This document shows positions 19,537 to 29,151 of a DNA stretch of 64,000 nucleotides, one piece after another. This stretch comes from Rhizobiaceae bacterium. Lineage in GTDB: Bacteria; Pseudomonadota; Alphaproteobacteria; Rhizobiales; Rhizobiaceae. The notes beneath the pieces are model-generated. The model was not told the DNA's origin. It did not search any database and saw only the letters and a program-made list of their open reading frames with translations. Positions within the stretch are counted from its first letter, which is position 1; the number at the start of each line of letters is the position of its first letter. The stretch lies in assembly GCA_041987205.1 (NCBI GenBank), contig JBHIWX010000007.1, positions 5,542-69,541 on the forward strand, written 5' to 3'. A program made the position numbers and the translations under genes.

Positions 19537-21023
19537 TAGCTGTCGGAGACGATCTTGACCCGGCTTCCCGGCTCCGGCAATTCGCCGGGGCCGAGCCCGT
19601 TGAGCAGGCGCAGCAACTGCAGCGGTTCATCCGTGCCCTTCATCCGGCCGGCGAGCTGTCCCAGGCTCTCGCCCGGCGCCACCGTCACGATCTTCAGCCG
19701 CAGCGGCGCCAGCGCCTTGCGTTCGTCGTCCGTCAACTGACGGAACGTGTCGGTGATCGAGTCTGAGACGGATGCGATCATCGCCTGCCCGGCCGGCGCG
19801 GCGGTGATGAAGCGGTAGACCTGGTTGCCGATGCGGATCACCTTGATGCGGAAATCCCAGCCTTCGGCCTGTGCGTCGGCGGCAGCCACCGGCAGGCCCG
19901 TCGCGGTCTCGCCAATGGCGATCGTGTCCTCGCGCAGCCCGTTGACCCAGCCGCTCTTGAGATAGCTTTCCAGCCCCTGCCAGCGATTGAGCACGGCCGC
20001 GTCGAACCGCGTCGCTGCCTCGCCCGGCCCGGTCACGATGATCGCCTTGGGCTGGTTGTCGATGCGCGTGCCCTCGGGCACGGTGAAGGTGATGCCGAGC
20101 CCCGAATGCGAGAAGACGCGCCCGCGCACATAGCCCTCGTCGGCCGTGTCGCCATAGAGCAGCCCGTCGATACCGGTGAGATAGCGTCCGCGCTCGCGCT
20201 CGCCGACGCCGGGCGCGCCGAAGAACCTTGCATGGCGCTGCGCCAGCGTGATGCGCTGCGGCGTGGTGGGATGGTTCGACAGGAAGGTGAAATCGTCCTC
20301 AAGCGCCGCCTTGCCGCTCTTGAAAGCCTGGTAGGCCTGCATCGTCTCAAGGAATCGCGCGGCGGCGAACGGATCGAAGCCCGCCCGGCCAATCATGCGG
20401 ATGCCGATGGCGTCGGCCTGCAATTCCTGCTCGCGCGAGAAATCCGAAAGCTTGAGCTGGTTGGCGGCAAGCGCGACACGCGCCGCGACGGAATCGCCCA
20501 GCACCTCGTGCACGACATCCTCGCCGATCTGCACCGAGCTCATCTTCTCCTGGCGCAGGATCGCGTGGTTGGCCACGACATGGCCCATCTCGTGGGCAAT
20601 GACCGCCGCGATCTCGGACGAATCATTGGCGAGTGCCAGAAGCCCGCGCGTGACATAGAGAAACCCGCCCGGCAGCGCGAAGGCGTTTACTTTGGGCGTG
20701 TCGAGGATTGTGACCTTGTAGACGCGCGAGGGATCTTCCGACACCGAGATCAGCCGGCCGACCACCAGCGCCAGCGCCTTTTCCGCCTCCTCGTTGCGGT
20801 ATTCGCCGCCATATTTGGCGAGCACCAGCGGATGTTCGCGCGCCCCTATCGCCTCCTGCGGGTCGTCCGGACGCACGAAACTGGAAGCGAGGCTCGCCTC
20901 TCCCTTGACGTCCTGCAGCGCCGACAGCACGCAGCCCTGCAGCAGCGCGGCCGCGGCGAGCGCCATCACCCCGCGCGCCAATGGACCGCGCGCCGAGGGA
21001 CCGCGCACAGGCGAGTCGCGCAC
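19536..21023 (-). CDS. M48 family metalloprotease with C-terminal LysM domain (probable lipoprotein)
   Basis: HEMGH zinc motif (AAVIAHEMGHVVANH), lipobox-like LLQGC after a basic N terminus, and C-terminal LysM-like KIVTVAPGESLGQLAGRM...GSRVKIV. Start uncertain: GTG 21023 or ATG 20966. The ORF-track start at 21467 overlaps ugd and was rejected. Confidence 0.75.
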   Translation of the reverse strand: MRDSPVRGPSARGPLARGVMALAAAALLQGCVLSALQDVKGEASLASSFVRPDDPQEAIGAREHPLVLAKYGGEYRNEEAEKALALVVGRLISVSEDPSRVYKVTILDTPKVNAFALPGGFLYVTRGLLALANDSSEIAAVIAHEMGHVVANHAILRQEKMSSVQIGEDVVHEVLGDSVAARVALAANQLKLSDFSREQELQADAIGIRMIGRAGFDPFAAARFLETMQAYQAFKSGKAALEDDFTFLSNHPTTPQRITLAQRHARFFGAPGVGERERGRYLTGIDGLLYGDTADEGYVRGRVFSHSGLGITFTVPEGTRIDNQPKAIIVTGPGEAATRFDAAVLNRWQGLESYLKSGWVNGLREDTIAIGETATGLPVAAADAQAEGWDFRIKVIRIGNQVYRFITAAPAGQAMIASVSDSITDTFRQLTDDERKALAPLRLKIVTVAPGESLGQLAGRMKGTDEPLQLLRLLNGLGPGELPEPGSRVKIVSDS

Positions 21024-21268
21024 ATGGCGACGCGGCGGCGCGGTACGGTTGCTTCCCGTGATCAGTATGGACGTGTCAGGCAAGGGCGTAAGAATCCAGA
21101 AATTCCGATGACCGGCGGCCCAGCGCGCAAACCGGTATCCTGCTTCGCCTGTTACCAGATTTTTCTGCCAAAAATAAGATGCACGTGGGCGATCCCGGCG
21201 AAAATCACCGGGCCGTGCGGCTTCCTGATTGTTGGATGACGACCGGCGGGCAGTGCCCGCCGTGCCGC

Positions 21269-22585
21269 TCAGCCGGCGTTCGTCGGCCGGCCGATGGAGT
21301 GATAGGAAAGGCCGGTGCCGCGCACTTCCTCCGGCGAGTAGATGTTGCGCAGGTCGACCAGCACCTTGTCCTTCAGCGTAGTTGCCATGCGCTTCAGGTC
21401 GAGCGCGCGGAACTGGTCCCATTCGGTCAGGATGACAGCAATGTCGGCGCCTTCGAGGCACGACCATGCCGTGCCGGAGAATGCGACCCCGGTCAGGAAC
21501 TTCTCCGCTTCCTCCATGCCCTCGGGATCGAAGGCGCGGACATCGGCGCCGAGCTTCTGCAGGCCCGGCACGATGACGAGGCTCGGCGCCTCGCGCATGT
21601 CGTCGGTATTGGGTTTGAAGGTCAGGCCCAGCACAGCGATGGTCTTGCCCGCAACCGAACCGCCCGCCGCCGCGACGATACGGTCGACCATCGCTTCCTT
21701 GCGCTTCGCGTTAGCCTCGACCACCGTGTCAACGATGGTAATGGGGCTACCCGCCTGATGCGCCGTCTTCGACAGCGCCAGAGTGTCCTTGGGGAAGCAC
21801 GAGCCGCCATAGCCCGGCCCGGCATGCAAGAATTTCGGGCCGATGCGCTTGTCGAGCCCGATGCCGTGGGCGACCTGCTGTACGTTGGCGCCAACGGCGT
21901 CGCACAGATCGGAGATCTCGTTGATGAAGCCGATCTTGACCGCGAGAAAGGCGTTGGCGGCATATTTGATCAGCTCCGCCGTGCGCCGGTCGGTCACCAC
22001 CATCGGCGTCTCGTTGAGATAGAGTGGCCGGTAGAGTTCGCGCAGCGCCGCGATCGCGCGCTCGGTATGAGCGCCGACGACGATCCGGTCCGGCCGCTTG
22101 AAATCGCCGATCGCCGCGCCTTCGCGCAGGAATTCCGGGTTGGAGGCGACATCGAAATCGGCATCCGGGCTGGTGCGTCGGATGATCGCCTCAACCTCGT
22201 CACCGGTCCCGACCGGCACCGTCGATTTGGTCACGATGATCGTGTAGTCGCGAATGAGACCCGCGATCTCCTCGGCCGCCGCATAGACATAGGAAAGATC
22301 GGCATGGCCATCGCCGCGCCTGGTCGGCGTGCCGACGGCGATGAATACGATGTCGGCGTCGCGGATGCCGCTCGCCGCATCCGTGGTGAAGGAGAGCCTG
22401 CCTTCGCGCACATTGGTTTCGACCAGGCTCTCGAGCCCCGGCTCGTAGATCGGCATGCGCCCGGCTTTGAGCGCCTCGATCTTGCCTTCGTCCTTGTCGA
22501 TGCAGGTGACCTCATGGCCGAAATCGGCAAAGCAGGCACCCGAAACCAGGCCCACATAGCCGGTGCCGATCATCGCTACGCGCAT
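21269..22585 (-). CDS. ugd: UDP-glucose 6-dehydrogenase
   Basis: MRVAMIGTGYVGLVSGACFADFGHEVTCIDKD Rossmann start and the catalytic GGSCFPKD motif. Confidence 0.9.
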   Translation of the reverse strand: MRVAMIGTGYVGLVSGACFADFGHEVTCIDKDEGKIEALKAGRMPIYEPGLESLVETNVREGRLSFTTDAASGIRDADIVFIAVGTPTRRGDGHADLSYVYAAAEEIAGLIRDYTIIVTKSTVPVGTGDEVEAIIRRTSPDADFDVASNPEFLREGAAIGDFKRPDRIVVGAHTERAIAALRELYRPLYLNETPMVVTDRRTAELIKYAANAFLAVKIGFINEISDLCDAVGANVQQVAHGIGLDKRIGPKFLHAGPGYGGSCFPKDTLALSKTAHQAGSPITIVDTVVEANAKRKEAMVDRIVAAAGGSVAGKTIAVLGLTFKPNTDDMREAPSLVIVPGLQKLGADVRAFDPEGMEEAEKFLTGVAFSGTAWSCLEGADIAVILTEWDQFRALDLKRMATTLKDKVLVDLRNIYSPEEVRGTGLSYHSIGRPTNAG

Positions 22586-22894
22586 TCATGTTCTCCGCTT
22601 GGGACATGACCGGAAGGGTCTGTCCGGCACGCCGGATCAGGTTCCGGAAGTGCCTCCGATTGCTCCGACCCCGCGTGGCGCGCTGGCTTGGGCATGAAAA
22701 GGCCCGCGCATCGGTTGGCCGCACGAGCTGGAGCCCGGGCGAAGACCGGAGATGTTCGCGCGGTCAGTACAAAAGCCGGGCTCCACATGCAACCGCTAAC
22801 GGTGGCTGAGGTTAAAATGTCCGGGCGCCGCGCCATGGGGTTGGCGACATCTGGCGCTTCGGCTATGGATGTTTCCCGGCCCAACCCGGCCCGC

Positions 22895-22971
22895 GGTCCC
22901 GTAGCTCAGCAGGATAGAGCATCAGATTCCTAATCTGAGGGTCACAGGTTCGAATCCTGTCGGGATCGCCA
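22895..22971 (+). tRNA. tRNA-Arg (anticodon CCU)
   Basis: Hand-folded cloverleaf: acceptor GGTCCCG/CGGGATC (one G-U pair), D arm GCTC-AGCAGGATA-GAGC, anticodon arm TCAGA-TTCCTAA-TCTGA, variable GGGTC, T arm ACAGG-TTCGAAT-CCTGT, discriminator G, encoded CCA. Confidence 0.9.
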
Positions 22972-23381
22972 ATATCTTCAATGTCTTATTCATACTGCAA
23001 TTCTGTAAGCATATTGTAAGCGAGCTATTGGATTTCACACCCGATCCTGTAGAGGATCCGATGGTTCATGGCGAACCCACAGCGTCTGCGTTTCCAGGCC
23101 ATCGACGACCGACACCATCATCACGGCGGCACAGGCACCGTTCATGCACTAAGTTTTCCAGTTCGCCACTCATGTAAGGTTGCCCAACCTGAAATTCTGT
23201 TGGCTCCACTTTCGTAAGCCCTGTCGCGCTCTTCCGGACCGTGTGATGTGATCGGCAAAAAATAATCTAGTTAGTGTGTGGCATGGTACGAAACTGATTG
23301 TCTGTGAGCGTTATATGCATCGCCCGTTGCGTCGCGTTGATGGTCAAATCTCGGTTGGAAAGTTAATGCGGAGCGGCGATT

Positions 23382-24272
23382 TTGACGATCAAATCCACAC
23401 GGCCAAAAATAGCCTTGCTGGGAGCAGGCGGCATGCTGGGCAGCGCGATCTTTCGGGTCATGCAGACCAGAGCGCGCTGCGAAATGCTGGCAACCACACG
23501 TAACGCAGCGGGTTTCCTCCTGGAAAATCCGGCAAGTGAAATCCGTATTGTGAACGGTGTGGACGCCGCCAATACGCAGTCACTGGTCGACCTACTTTCC
23601 GATTTTCAGCCGGATGATGTCATCAACTGCATCGGGATCGTGAAACAGTTGCAGTCGGGCAATCAGCTTCGAACGGCGATCCCCGTGAACGCAATATTTC
23701 CGCAACGCCTAGAGCAGATCTGCAGCAATCTTGGCGCACGTCTCATTCACATCAGCACGGATTGCGTTTTCTCTGGCAGCCGGGGAATGTACCGGGAAGA
23801 CGACGTCGCGGATACCGAGGAAGTGTACGGCGTAAGCAAGCTCCTGGGCGAGGTCACCGCATCGCCGTCCATCACGATCCGGACTTCCTTCATAGGGCAC
23901 GAGCATGGCACGAAAAACGGCTTGCTCGACTGGTTTCTGAATCAGGAAACCAGCGTGAAAGGCTTTCGAAACGCGTTCTTCTCAGGGCTCACGACGCACG
24001 AACTTGCACATATCATCCACGATCACATCATTCCCAATCGAGCCCTGACGGGGCTTTATCACGTGGCGGGAGATCGAATCTCCAAACACGATTTGCTGCT
24101 GTTAATCAGGGAAGCCTACGGGAAAGAAATAACGGTTACACCCGACACGGAAGTGAATATCGACCGCTCACTGGATGGCAGCAAGTTTCGTGAGGCAACC
24201 GGATATCAGGCGCCGGACTGGATTACGCTCACAAGGCAATTGCGTGAAACGCAGGAACACTACTCGCCTTGA
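23382..24272 (+). CDS. RmlD-like NDP-4-keto-6-deoxy-sugar reductase (SDR family)
   Basis: KIALLGAGGMLGS Rossmann motif, HISTDCVFSG, and YGVSKLLGE (YxxxK) as in dTDP-4-dehydrorhamnose reductase-type enzymes. TTG start. Confidence 0.75.
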   Translation: MTIKSTRPKIALLGAGGMLGSAIFRVMQTRARCEMLATTRNAAGFLLENPASEIRIVNGVDAANTQSLVDLLSDFQPDDVINCIGIVKQLQSGNQLRTAIPVNAIFPQRLEQICSNLGARLIHISTDCVFSGSRGMYREDDVADTEEVYGVSKLLGEVTASPSITIRTSFIGHEHGTKNGLLDWFLNQETSVKGFRNAFFSGLTTHELAHIIHDHIIPNRALTGLYHVAGDRISKHDLLLLIREAYGKEITVTPDTEVNIDRSLDGSKFREATGYQAPDWITLTRQLRETQEHYSP

Positions 24273-24387
24273 AGAGGGCATCGATCGTCTGCGGCGTCGC
24301 ATCGATCAAAAGTCCGAAGTACCGGAACAGCCTCCCGGATTCAGCATGACGAAGCGCGCTGATGACAGGAATGCCGTAGTGTTCGGA

Positions 24388-25101
24388 TCATAGGAACTGA
24401 TCCCTGTTCTCGCTGAACAGCCTGTGCGCTTCCAGATAATTCTCCGGCGTGCCTATGTCGATCCATTGGCAAGGCTGGCTGAAACTACTGACGCGCGCTC
24501 CCTTCGCGATCATCGCCTTGATGAGATCGGGCATGTCGAGCCGTGTCTCCGGGTCCTGCCTCAAGTCGATCTTGTGCTTGTTCAGGACATAGATGCCCAT
24601 GCCGATATTGTGATGATAAGTCGGTTTTTCCGAAATCGTCTGGACCCGGTTGTCGTCCCCGATTTCCACGACACCGTAGTCAACGCAAAAATCGAGTTTC
24701 TTGGTGGCCATGGTGATGGCACTGCCGGAATTCGCGTGGGACTCGAAAAGGTCACCAAACGCCAGATCCGTCAGGATATCGGAGTTCATCACGAGAAAGT
24801 CTTCACTCATCGTGTCGAGGACAGAGAAAACCGCGCCGCAAGTGCCCATGGGGCGATCTTCGACGAGATAGGAAATATCGACACCCAGTGAACTTCCGTC
24901 ACCGAAATAACTGGTGATCAGATCGTGCTTGTATCCCGTTGCAAGAACTATCGACGTGATGCCAGCGGGCACCAGCTGGCGAATGACAACTTCCAGGATA
25001 GGCATGTCGTCGAGGGGGATGAGCGGCTTGGGAAATGCCGCCGTGTAGGGCATCAATCTCGCGCCCTTTCCACCTGCCAGTATCACGGCTTTCATGGCCA
25101 A
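24388..25101 (-). CDS. sugar-1-phosphate nucleotidyltransferase
   Basis: MKAVILAGGKGARLMPYTAAFPKPLIPL signature of the NTP-transferase family. Size (237 aa) matches the short guanylyl/cytidylyl-transferase type. Confidence 0.8.
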   Translation of the reverse strand: MAMKAVILAGGKGARLMPYTAAFPKPLIPLDDMPILEVVIRQLVPAGITSIVLATGYKHDLITSYFGDGSSLGVDISYLVEDRPMGTCGAVFSVLDTMSEDFLVMNSDILTDLAFGDLFESHANSGSAITMATKKLDFCVDYGVVEIGDDNRVQTISEKPTYHHNIGMGIYVLNKHKIDLRQDPETRLDMPDLIKAMIAKGARVSSFSQPCQWIDIGTPENYLEAHRLFSENRDQFL

Positions 25102-25107
25102 CCCGCG

Positions 25108-26088
25108 TCAAACGACATATTCATGCGTATCTTGCGTTTGGAGGCGCCGCACGAACTCGAGTGTACGGGCCAATCCTTCGTCCAGATCGACCTTCGGAGC
25201 CCAACCGGTTGCGGCCTTCATCTTCTCATTGTTCGAGATCAACTTGTCGACTTCGCTTCCGGCAGGCCGCACCCGTTGAGGATCGAAAACAACGTCGCTC
25301 CGCGAGCCGGCCTGCTTGACGATGCGGTCCAGGATATCCTGCATGGCATATCCGGTTCCGGTCCCGAGGTTGTATGTCTCACCCAGCACGCCTTCTGACT
25401 TTGCAAGAGCAATGAATCCGGCGACGGTATCGCTGACATAGGTCATATCCCTTACGGGGAACAGCGATCCGACATGGATCGCTTCACCGGCGATTGCCTG
25501 CACCGCTACGGAAGGCACAAATGCCCGACGCGACTGCCGCGGGCCGTAGGTATTGAAAGGCCTTACCGTAACGACCGATGTTTCAAACGAGCGGTGGTAT
25601 GCCTCGGCTATCTTGTCTGCCGCGATCTTCGAGGCGGAGTAAGGCGACTGTGCTTGCAGAGGGTGATTTTCGTCAATTGGTGTGACAATGGCGCTGCCAT
25701 ACACCTCGGAAGTACTGGTATGAACCACACGGCCGGCGCGCCCGCGCCTCACCACCTCCAGAATGTTCATTGTCCCTTCGCAATTGGTACGCAGGTAGCT
25801 TCGCGGTGCGGAATAGGAATAGGGAATCGCGATCAGTGCCGCGAGGTGGAAGACGCAGTCAAAATCTGAATCAAGGCCATTTACGAACTCAATATCTTCG
25901 ACATCCCCGAACACAATTCTGACGCTGCCGATCTTTTCAGGCGGCAGGTAATCCAGGTTGCCGATATGCCGGGCTGCGTTGTAATGCACCAGTGCGGTAA
26001 CATCCGCTCCCTGCTCGACAAGTTGTTCAACCAGATGGCTGCCGATGAAACCGGCCGCACCGGTGACCAGATACTTTCTGCTGGCCAT
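25108..26088 (-). CDS. NAD-dependent NDP-sugar 4,6-dehydratase/epimerase (extended SDR, LegB/RmlB-like)
   Basis: YLVTGAAGFIGSHLVEQL, HTSTSEVYG, and SPYSASKIAADK (YxxxK). The ATG at 26088 overlaps the upstream GT stop (TGATG). Confidence 0.8.
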   Translation of the reverse strand: MASRKYLVTGAAGFIGSHLVEQLVEQGADVTALVHYNAARHIGNLDYLPPEKIGSVRIVFGDVEDIEFVNGLDSDFDCVFHLAALIAIPYSYSAPRSYLRTNCEGTMNILEVVRRGRAGRVVHTSTSEVYGSAIVTPIDENHPLQAQSPYSASKIAADKIAEAYHRSFETSVVTVRPFNTYGPRQSRRAFVPSVAVQAIAGEAIHVGSLFPVRDMTYVSDTVAGFIALAKSEGVLGETYNLGTGTGYAMQDILDRIVKQAGSRSDVVFDPQRVRPAGSEVDKLISNNEKMKAATGWAPKVDLDEGLARTLEFVRRLQTQDTHEYVV

Positions 26089-29000
26089 CAACCCGCTCGC
26101 TCCAAATTGCCTGAGGTTCTCAGATATTCACGCTCATAGTAGGACCTGGCATCGGCCGACGGAGCGGCATCTGCACTCGGTTTCTCGGCGAAGTTCATGT
26201 CGCCTGCATGAAGCCTGGCAAGCGCTTCGGCCCACTCGCCTCCCCTGCTTGTCCAGGGCATCAACCAGCTGTACGCGCGGCCGGCCAGCCGCTCCCTTGC
26301 TGCACCTATGTCTGACGCAAGGATTGGAAGCCCGACAAGCATGGCCTCGGACAGGGTGAACGAATGGGTCTCGGGGCACAAGAATGGAAACCAGGCCACA
26401 TGGGGCCGAACGGTGCATACCGCATCGACCAGCGAATCCATCGTCAATTCGCCGAGGTGAATGGCCCTGATGTCGTCCTGGTCTTCAAGCGGAAGCGTTC
26501 CGCGGCCGATCAAATGGAAACAAATCGGCAGGTTGCGTTCGCGTGCCGCACGAATGGCTTCCAGGACCCGCCCTTCGCCCTTGTGGGGATGCAGCGCTCC
26601 CGGCACCAGAACCCGCAAAGGCTCGTCATGCGAAAGAACCGGCATCTGTACACGAAACCGATCCGGAGAATCCGGCTCCGGAATGAGCGCGGCCCTGAAA
26701 TCGGTATCCGGAACCAGCTTGCTCAACCTTCTTGCAAGGTCTTCGCTGCAGGCGACGCGGCGATCCGCCTTTCTTATGAGCGAGTGGTGGCGTGAGGAAG
26801 CGATTGCGCTCAGCGCCTCACTTCTGTCCGATACAAATTCATTGTCGGCCGAGATAAGAAATGGATTCTCCGCGACGAGGTCATAGTCGGTGAAAGTGAT
26901 GTCACAGGGAAGATCGAGTCGCTCAAGCAGTTCCGCAATATGTTTCTTAAGCCCGATCGTATGCAGTATGTTCACGTGCTCGACTCTGATTTCCTGGAGT
27001 AGGGAAACGATTTCCGGCAGCATTCCGGGCAGATCGTATTCCAGCCAGTCCGTCGCCGGTAGCTGCGGCGAAATAACGAACTGGCTGTCGTTAACTCCAA
27101 AGGCAAACAGGAAATTCACCCTGCCCTTGAAGTGTTTCGCCAGCATGTTGGCATAGGTCTGGGTACCACCGCCCAATGCGTGCAGAATGAGCAGGTGGAC
27201 AGGTGCGCCGTCTTGAAAATGCCTGGTAAGCAATGCCACTGCGCTCGACCGGTCTTTCGCCCGATGTTCATCGGTTTTGGTCCCTCTCAGCTCCGCAGCG
27301 TTATTCAAGGGTAGCGGCACGCCGTTCGGCAAACTTGTCGTGGATTGCCGATCAGGCGGCCCCGCCATGGGCGACGGACCCGTTCGAGGATTGGCTTTCC
27401 GTCCTTCGCGAAATCCATGCTCGATGAAATGTATGCCGGCTCCTTGCCCGGCTGCCCGCACATCCGAATGTTTTGCGAGATACCAGTCCCCGTCCAGATG
27501 TCCACGAACCCCGAAGATGCGTTGCACCATGACGTCGACTTTGAACCTTTGTTCGGCGGAGGGAAGCCTGTTGCGAAGGGCCTTCGCACCCCGGAGAACT
27601 GTTCTGCCGATAAGCCGTTTGGCAAGCCCCTTGCGGGCCAGCCGAATGGGCCAATTTCGACCCTCTTTCGCGACAAAATAATCAGCCCGCATCGGAGTGA
27701 TACCATCGAAACGTCCCGGTTCCTTCCGGCCTGGATTTGCATTTGCGCCGGGTAAGGCTGTCTCCTCGTGCTTCAACATCTTCCCAAGTGGCGTGGAACG
27801 GGGAGACAGGTCGGACGAACTGAGAAGCTCGAGTCGAGAATCCATGGCCAACGCAATGGCAAAATCACGCCCGGCATCCATGCGTACCAGCGCGCGCTGC
27901 ATGGCCGACCGACGTAGAATGGCCCCCGTCAACGGACCAAATCTGCCACCGGTTGCCCCCTCGACAAGCATGCCGTCAATCTGGCTGTTCTCGAGGAGGC
28001 GTTCGGTACCGACCGTCAAATGATCCGCAACACAATGAGATTCGGTCAGAAAGAACAACTCGGAGTCAAACCGTCTCAGCATCTCCGTGAAGAGGTCATA
28101 ATCGGCAAGAGGATGATCGCTGCAAAGAAATGTGTGATCGAAAGTGCTGTCGGCAGACATCCATTCTCGCACGTCCGGCTCTATTCCAGGCCCTGCGATC
28201 AAGGCAATCCCTGTTGATCCAAGCCCAGCCTGGCGCAAACCACTTTCAAGCCGGAAAACACCCTCGGCATCCGATGGCTGGAATGCAACCGCCGTCAGAC
28301 CGACCGATCTCTTGGCCTTGCGCAAGCGGCTCATGATTCCCGACTTCGCACCCTCATATCGGCTTTGCTCGAGAAATTTCTGGGCACGCCTGAGGAACCG
28401 GTACTCGCTCCCCTCGTAGAGACGCATTTGTTCTGCCGACAGGTTGTCCAGCATCGACATCCAAAGCAGGCTGGCTTCGTGAGTATGTCGCGGTGACCGG
28501 GAGCCTTGATCCGGGTGGATGCGATGTTTTACGTGCTCACCCGCGCAATGTACGAACTTGTAACGCTTCGCCATGCGATACCAAAGGTCGTAATCCTGTG
28601 TGGTAGGCAAGGCCGGGTCGAACAATCCCGCACCTTCGAAGCAGACTTTTGGAACAAGCAAGGTACACCCGTTGATCCTACCCTCCAGTATCGCCCACAG
28701 CGGTTTCTTTTCATCGAATCCATTGCCGGTTTCCACACGCGAAATGTATTTGTTGTTTGGGTCAATTCGGGCGTAGTCACCAAACACGACAACCGGTTCA
28801 TCGTATTGCGTGACGACGTTCATTTGCGTTTCGATCTTCTGCGGTGAATACAGGTCGTCGTGACTGAGCCAGCTGAAATACGCTCCACGCATTTCCGAAA
28901 TGCCGTGGTTGAGCGCGGAAGCAACTCCACCGTTCCCCTGGTGGAAGTACCTGATTTTTGTGCTGAATTTTTCTGCGATCCGACGGGTTGCACCTCCGTC

Positions 29001-29135
29001 GTCCGATCCGTCGTCGACGACGATCACTTCCACCGCAAGCCACGACTGGCGAAGCGCACTTTGAATCGCCTGCTCAAGATAAGCGGATCCATTGTACACG
29101 GGAATGATAATGCTGACCAGTTCGTGACTTTCCAT
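26088..29135 (-). CDS. 1015-aa chimeric glycosyltransferase (N-terminal GT2 module, middle domain, C-terminal GT-B/GT4-like module)
   Basis: VSIIIPVYNGSAYLEQAIQSALRQSW...VIVVDDGSDDG (GT-A/GT2). Mid-protein WYLAKHSDVRAAGQGAGIHFIEHGFREGRKANP. The C-terminal third has a GT-B Rossmann pattern (LHALGGGTQ..., LSEAMLVGLPILASD). Confidence 0.8.
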   Translation of the reverse strand: MESHELVSIIIPVYNGSAYLEQAIQSALRQSWLAVEVIVVDDGSDDGGATRRIAEKFSTKIRYFHQGNGGVASALNHGISEMRGAYFSWLSHDDLYSPQKIETQMNVVTQYDEPVVVFGDYARIDPNNKYISRVETGNGFDEKKPLWAILEGRINGCTLLVPKVCFEGAGLFDPALPTTQDYDLWYRMAKRYKFVHCAGEHVKHRIHPDQGSRSPRHTHEASLLWMSMLDNLSAEQMRLYEGSEYRFLRRAQKFLEQSRYEGAKSGIMSRLRKAKRSVGLTAVAFQPSDAEGVFRLESGLRQAGLGSTGIALIAGPGIEPDVREWMSADSTFDHTFLCSDHPLADYDLFTEMLRRFDSELFFLTESHCVADHLTVGTERLLENSQIDGMLVEGATGGRFGPLTGAILRRSAMQRALVRMDAGRDFAIALAMDSRLELLSSSDLSPRSTPLGKMLKHEETALPGANANPGRKEPGRFDGITPMRADYFVAKEGRNWPIRLARKGLAKRLIGRTVLRGAKALRNRLPSAEQRFKVDVMVQRIFGVRGHLDGDWYLAKHSDVRAAGQGAGIHFIEHGFREGRKANPRTGPSPMAGPPDRQSTTSLPNGVPLPLNNAAELRGTKTDEHRAKDRSSAVALLTRHFQDGAPVHLLILHALGGGTQTYANMLAKHFKGRVNFLFAFGVNDSQFVISPQLPATDWLEYDLPGMLPEIVSLLQEIRVEHVNILHTIGLKKHIAELLERLDLPCDITFTDYDLVAENPFLISADNEFVSDRSEALSAIASSRHHSLIRKADRRVACSEDLARRLSKLVPDTDFRAALIPEPDSPDRFRVQMPVLSHDEPLRVLVPGALHPHKGEGRVLEAIRAARERNLPICFHLIGRGTLPLEDQDDIRAIHLGELTMDSLVDAVCTVRPHVAWFPFLCPETHSFTLSEAMLVGLPILASDIGAARERLAGRAYSWLMPWTSRGGEWAEALARLHAGDMNFAEKPSADAAPSADARSYYEREYLRTSGNLERAG

Positions 29136-29151
29136 GCTCTTGGAACCAGCG

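Noticed and set aside
19297-19558. Two ~80-aa ORFs (19297-19536 minus, 19313-19558 plus) in the rpoH / M48 spacer.
   Set aside because: They mirror each other over the inverted repeat, are Arg/Cys/Ser-rich, and lack start contexts. The region is better explained as structured non-coding DNA.
23060-23190. A slightly GC-richer patch with a ~42-codon ORF just downstream of the tRNA, considered as an integrase or gene remnant.
   Set aside because: It is too short and featureless to assign. No integrase motifs (R..H..R..Y context) can be recognised.
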